A DNA stretch of 64,000 nucleotides, taken from Planctomycetaceae bacterium (GTDB lineage: Bacteria > Planctomycetota > Planctomycetia > Pirellulales > UBA1268). The stretch lies in assembly GCA_021300535.1 (NCBI GenBank), contig JAJTED010000007.1, positions 5,963 to 69,962 on the forward strand. The letters run 5' to 3'. Position numbers and translations under genes: made by a program. The notes beneath the pieces were generated by a model. That model ran no database searches. It was not told the origin of the DNA and saw nothing but the letters and a program-made list of their open reading frames with translations. Positions 61,345 to 64,000 of this stretch are shown here, in pieces. Position 1 is the first letter of the stretch; every line of letters starts with the position of its first letter.

Positions 61345-62514
61345 ATGCAGCAGGCTTCCCGCGCCATCGATCGGCCGCTGTGGCGAGGTCGCATCGAGCA
61401 GGAATGGCGTGAGCGGCGGGTCGTGTGGCTCGCCGGCCCGCGCCGACTCGGCAAGACGACGCTCGTCCGGTCGCTGCCCGACATCGCCTACTTCGACTGC
61501 GACCTGCCGAGCGTTCGCAGGGATGCGGATGACACGGAGGCGTTTTTGCGGCGGCATCGTGGCCGGCGGATCGTGCTCGACGAGATTCACCGTCTTGCCG
61601 ACCCATCGGCGCTGCTGAAGATCGCGGCCGACCACTTTCCCGACGTGCACGTGCTGGCCACCGGGTCGTCGATGCTCGGAGCCAGCGCCCGGTTTCGCGA
61701 CACGCTCGCCGGGCGCAAACGCACGGTCCGTCTGCTGCCGGTGCTGCATCGCGAGCTGTCGGCATTTGGCATCGGTTCTCCCGAGCGACGACTCCTCCAC
61801 GGGGGGCTGCCGGAACAACTGACGGCGACCGGTCTGCCCGAGAAGGATTTCGCAGAGTGGATCGAGGCGTTTTGGGCCCGCGACATCCTCGAACTGTTTT
61901 CGATCGGCAAACGATACTCCTTTCTCCGCTTCCTCGAGCTGCTCTGGGCCCAGAGTGGCGGCTTGTGCGAACTGACCAAGTTCACGGCCCCCTGCGAGGC
62001 GAGCCGGCAGACACTCGCCAATTATCTCGATATCTTCGCGGCGACGGGGGTCGTGCATGTCCTGCGGCCATTCGCCACGCATCCCACGCGTGAAATCGTG
62101 GCCATGCCGAAGGTCTATGCATTCGACACGGGGTTCGTCTGCCACGCACGCTCGATCGACTCGCTCCGGGTCGACGACAAGGGGCCTCTCTTCGAGCATC
62201 TCGTTCTTGACGAACTGCTCTTCGAAGCCGGGGCCGAGGAAATCCGCCATTGGCGCGACAAACAGAAGCATGAGGTCGACTTCGTTTGGACGCCTCGCGG
62301 CAGGCCGCCCGTCGCGATCGAATGCAAGTGGCGGGTGGCGCGGTTCGATCCGACGGCCATGCACTCGTTCGCCACGCTCCACCCCAAGGCCGCGTTTTGG
62401 CTCGTGGCGGAGGATCGGCACTCGTGGACGACGCGTCGCTACGGGGCCATCGAGTTGACCGAGTGCGGTCCTGAACACCTGCCCGAACTGATGGCCCGGC
62501 ATCGCAGGCGATGA
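61345..62514 (+). CDS. AAA+ ATPase with C-terminal DUF4143/restriction-endonuclease-like region
   Basis: 389 aa. GAGGAGAGG Shine-Dalgarno-like run ahead of ATG 61345. Walker A 'GPRRLGKTT', Walker B 'IVLDEIH', 'LATGSS', and C-terminal 'HEVDFVWTPRGRPPVAIECKW'. Confidence 0.85.
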   Translation: MQQASRAIDRPLWRGRIEQEWRERRVVWLAGPRRLGKTTLVRSLPDIAYFDCDLPSVRRDADDTEAFLRRHRGRRIVLDEIHRLADPSALLKIAADHFPDVHVLATGSSMLGASARFRDTLAGRKRTVRLLPVLHRELSAFGIGSPERRLLHGGLPEQLTATGLPEKDFAEWIEAFWARDILELFSIGKRYSFLRFLELLWAQSGGLCELTKFTAPCEASRQTLANYLDIFAATGVVHVLRPFATHPTREIVAMPKVYAFDTGFVCHARSIDSLRVDDKGPLFEHLVLDELLFEAGAEEIRHWRDKQKHEVDFVWTPRGRPPVAIECKWRVARFDPTAMHSFATLHPKAAFWLVAEDRHSWTTRRYGAIELTECGPEHLPELMARHRRR

Positions 62515-62528
62515 CTGAGGACAGCGGT

Positions 62529-63245
62529 TCAGCTTCGCCGCGCCAGCGCGGCGAGGCGGGTGACCTCGGCGACGCCGTCATCGCGGGCGATCCACAGCCG
62601 CAGGCCCGGGGCGGGCGTCACGCGGTGGCCGCCGGTGAACGACCCGAAGGCGGGCAGCACGAGCGTGGTGGCTTCGGCCACGAAGCAGCGATCGGCGATC
62701 TGGTCGCCGCCGGGTGAGCGGATCGAGACCGTGGGGTGCAGATGCCCCGAGATCGTGAAGCCGGCGTGGTCGGAGCAGGTGAGCGGCGCGGACGGCTCGT
62801 GCACGAAGTGCCACTCGCCATCCGCCAGATGCGGCAGGCAGGCGTCGATGCCGAGCGTCGCCGGCACCTTCCCGAGCGTGCGGTCGTGGTTGCCGATCAC
62901 GAGCAGTACCTCCGTCGCGGTGAACTGCCGCCGCGTCGCGGTGAACTCGGCGAACACGCGATCCGTGCAGCCGCTCTTCGCGTGGAACAGATCGCCCACG
63001 ATCACGAGCCGCCGGGCGGAGGTTTCGTGGACGAGCCGTGCGAGGCGGGCGAGGTCGGCCTGGGACGAGCCCTCGGGCACGGGGATGCCGGCCTTACGAA
63101 AAGTCGCCGCCTTGCCGAGGTGCAGGTCGGCGACGAGGAGCGTGGCGGACGCGGGCAGAAAGGCGGCACGGCCCGGTAGGAGAGCGATACCGGCCTCCGT
63201 GTGGCCGGCTTCCGCCGGCGTGGCGATGGCGATCTGCATGGGCAT
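62529..63245 (-). CDS. pdeM: Ligase-associated DNA damage response endonuclease PdeM (metallophosphoesterase)
   Basis: 'LLVADLHLGK', 'LVIVGDLFH', 'LLVIGNHD', 'ISGHLHP', 'LPAFGSFTGG'. 238 aa, immediately downstream of an Lhr-type helicase gene. Confidence 0.85.
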   Translation of the reverse strand: MPMQIAIATPAEAGHTEAGIALLPGRAAFLPASATLLVADLHLGKAATFRKAGIPVPEGSSQADLARLARLVHETSARRLVIVGDLFHAKSGCTDRVFAEFTATRRQFTATEVLLVIGNHDRTLGKVPATLGIDACLPHLADGEWHFVHEPSAPLTCSDHAGFTISGHLHPTVSIRSPGGDQIADRCFVAEATTLVLPAFGSFTGGHRVTPAPGLRLWIARDDGVAEVTRLAALARRS

Positions 63246-63265
63246 CCTCCGTGCGCCGGCCGCGG

Positions 63266-64000
63266 TCAGCCGTCGGCCGCCTGCTCCAGGTCGCGGGCCA
63301 TGTCGGCGATCTGGGTGAGCCAGTCCTTCGTCGTCAGCCGCGACTGGACGAACTCCGCCCAGATCGGAAACGCCAGCGGCGAAAGCCGGGGCGTCTCCAC
63401 GATGCGGATGTCCCGCGTCGCGACCGCCTCGAGCGTATCGTGCAGCCGGCGAAACTCGAACTGCCGCTCCAGCACCTCGCGGCGGGCCTGGGCGAGGAGC
63501 ATGTTGTCGGCGTCGTGCTCGGCGAGCACGTCGAAGATCAGCCCGGCCGAGGCCTGCGTCTGCCGGTCGCTCCGCCGGCCGCCCTGCACGAGCCCGGCCA
63601 CGCGGGCGATCTCGCGGAAGTGCCGCCGCGCCATCTCCGTGCCGTTCATGCAGGCGAGCAGGTCGTCGAGCAGGTTCGTGGGGGAGAGCAGCCGCCGCCA
63701 GGCCCGCGGGTCGGCCGCGAAGGCGTCGCGGCCCGCCAGTTCGAAGCCCCAGTCGTTGACGGCCATCGTGAGCGTGGCCGGATTGCTGCGGGCGATCCGC
63801 CAGGCGACGAGCGCCGCCAGCCCCTCGTGCACGAGCCGCCCCGCGAAGGGGAAGAGGAAGAAGTGCAGCCCGTCACGGCCTTGCCACCGCTCCACCAGCA
63901 GCGTGTCGGCGTCGGGCAGCCGGCTCCACTTCGACTGCACGGCGAGCAGTGGCAGCACGGCGGCCACTTCCCGCGGCGCGTGCCGCCCGCCGCCGGGGGA
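63266..64000 (-). CDS. lhr: Ligase-associated DEXH-box helicase (Lhr-like), C-terminal part only (gene runs off the window)
   Basis: The ORF is open to the window edge. Its C-terminal region 'FLFPFAGRLVHEGLAALVAWRIAR...NDWGFEL...EMARRHFREIARVAGLV' resembles the Lhr/DEAD_assoc tail, and the gene is paired with pdeM. Confidence 0.7.
   Translation of the reverse strand, partial: SPGGGRHAPREVAAVLPLLAVQSKWSRLPDADTLLVERWQGRDGLHFFLFPFAGRLVHEGLAALVAWRIARSNPATLTMAVNDWGFELAGRDAFAADPRAWRRLLSPTNLLDDLLACMNGTEMARRHFREIARVAGLVQGGRRSDRQTQASAGLIFDVLAEHDADNMLLAQARREVLERQFEFRRLHDTLEAVATRDIRIVETPRLSPLAFPIWAEFVQSRLTTKDWLTQIADMARDLEQAADG

Overview
High-GC bacterial chromosomal window (spot counts on individual 60-nt lines give about 68% G+C in typical genes). 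Several markers suggest Planctomycetota: a BBP7-type outer-membrane beta-barrel, a Gly/Ser-rich protein with two TIGR03000-type domains, futalosine-route menaquinone genes, a PPi-dependent phosphofructokinase, and an ECF sigma factor next to giant secreted repeat proteins. That lineage call is recall-based inference, not a search result. I can support 47 protein-coding genes and 2 pseudogenes. I found no rRNA, tRNA, CRISPR, transposase, integrase or phage genes. Most genes are housekeeping: leuA; hisD-hisC-hisB; glyQS; recG; rnhA; accB-accC; PPi-PFK; mqnE-ubiA-ubiX-ubiE (late menaquinone steps); dgoK-dgoA-dgoD-dgoT (D-galactonate catabolism); an HME-type RND adaptor/pump pair; a four-gene MacAB-type efflux operon with its own outer-membrane factor; and the start of a pdeM-lhr ligase-associated repair cluster. 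Four things are not explained by the ordinary gene list. (1) A family of ~160-184 bp hairpin-capped fold-back repeats occupies five intergenic loci (7 full and 4 partial copies, including a 3 x 176 bp tandem array at 16929-17450). Copies differ by compensatory stem changes, and two oppositely oriented repeat clusters bracket a single lower-GC gene (28066-28707). (2) A ~9.6 kb divergent cluster (33841-43397) encodes an ECF sigma factor and five signal-peptide or TM proteins, one of them its likely anti-sigma partner. It includes a 1304-aa protein (tandem CsgG/LpoB-like modules, helical region, Reg_prop-like beta-propeller, HEAT-like C-terminus), a 657-aa LRR-like repeat protein and a 352-aa CsgG/LpoB-like protein. 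I cannot assign a function to any of these, and this cluster is my best candidate for an undescribed envelope-signalling system. (3) A sensor histidine kinase with a CXXCH heme-c motif is split by a frameshift, and an AAA+ ATPase survives only as a half-deleted remnant. (4) Several secreted proteins are unusually low-complexity: one Trp/Cys/Gly-rich, one Gly/Ser-rich, and a 941-aa TolC-like protein with a Gly/Phe-rich insert. All functional calls rest on motif recognition in the supplied translations. Start codons are approximate, and no database search, fold prediction or statistics could be run.
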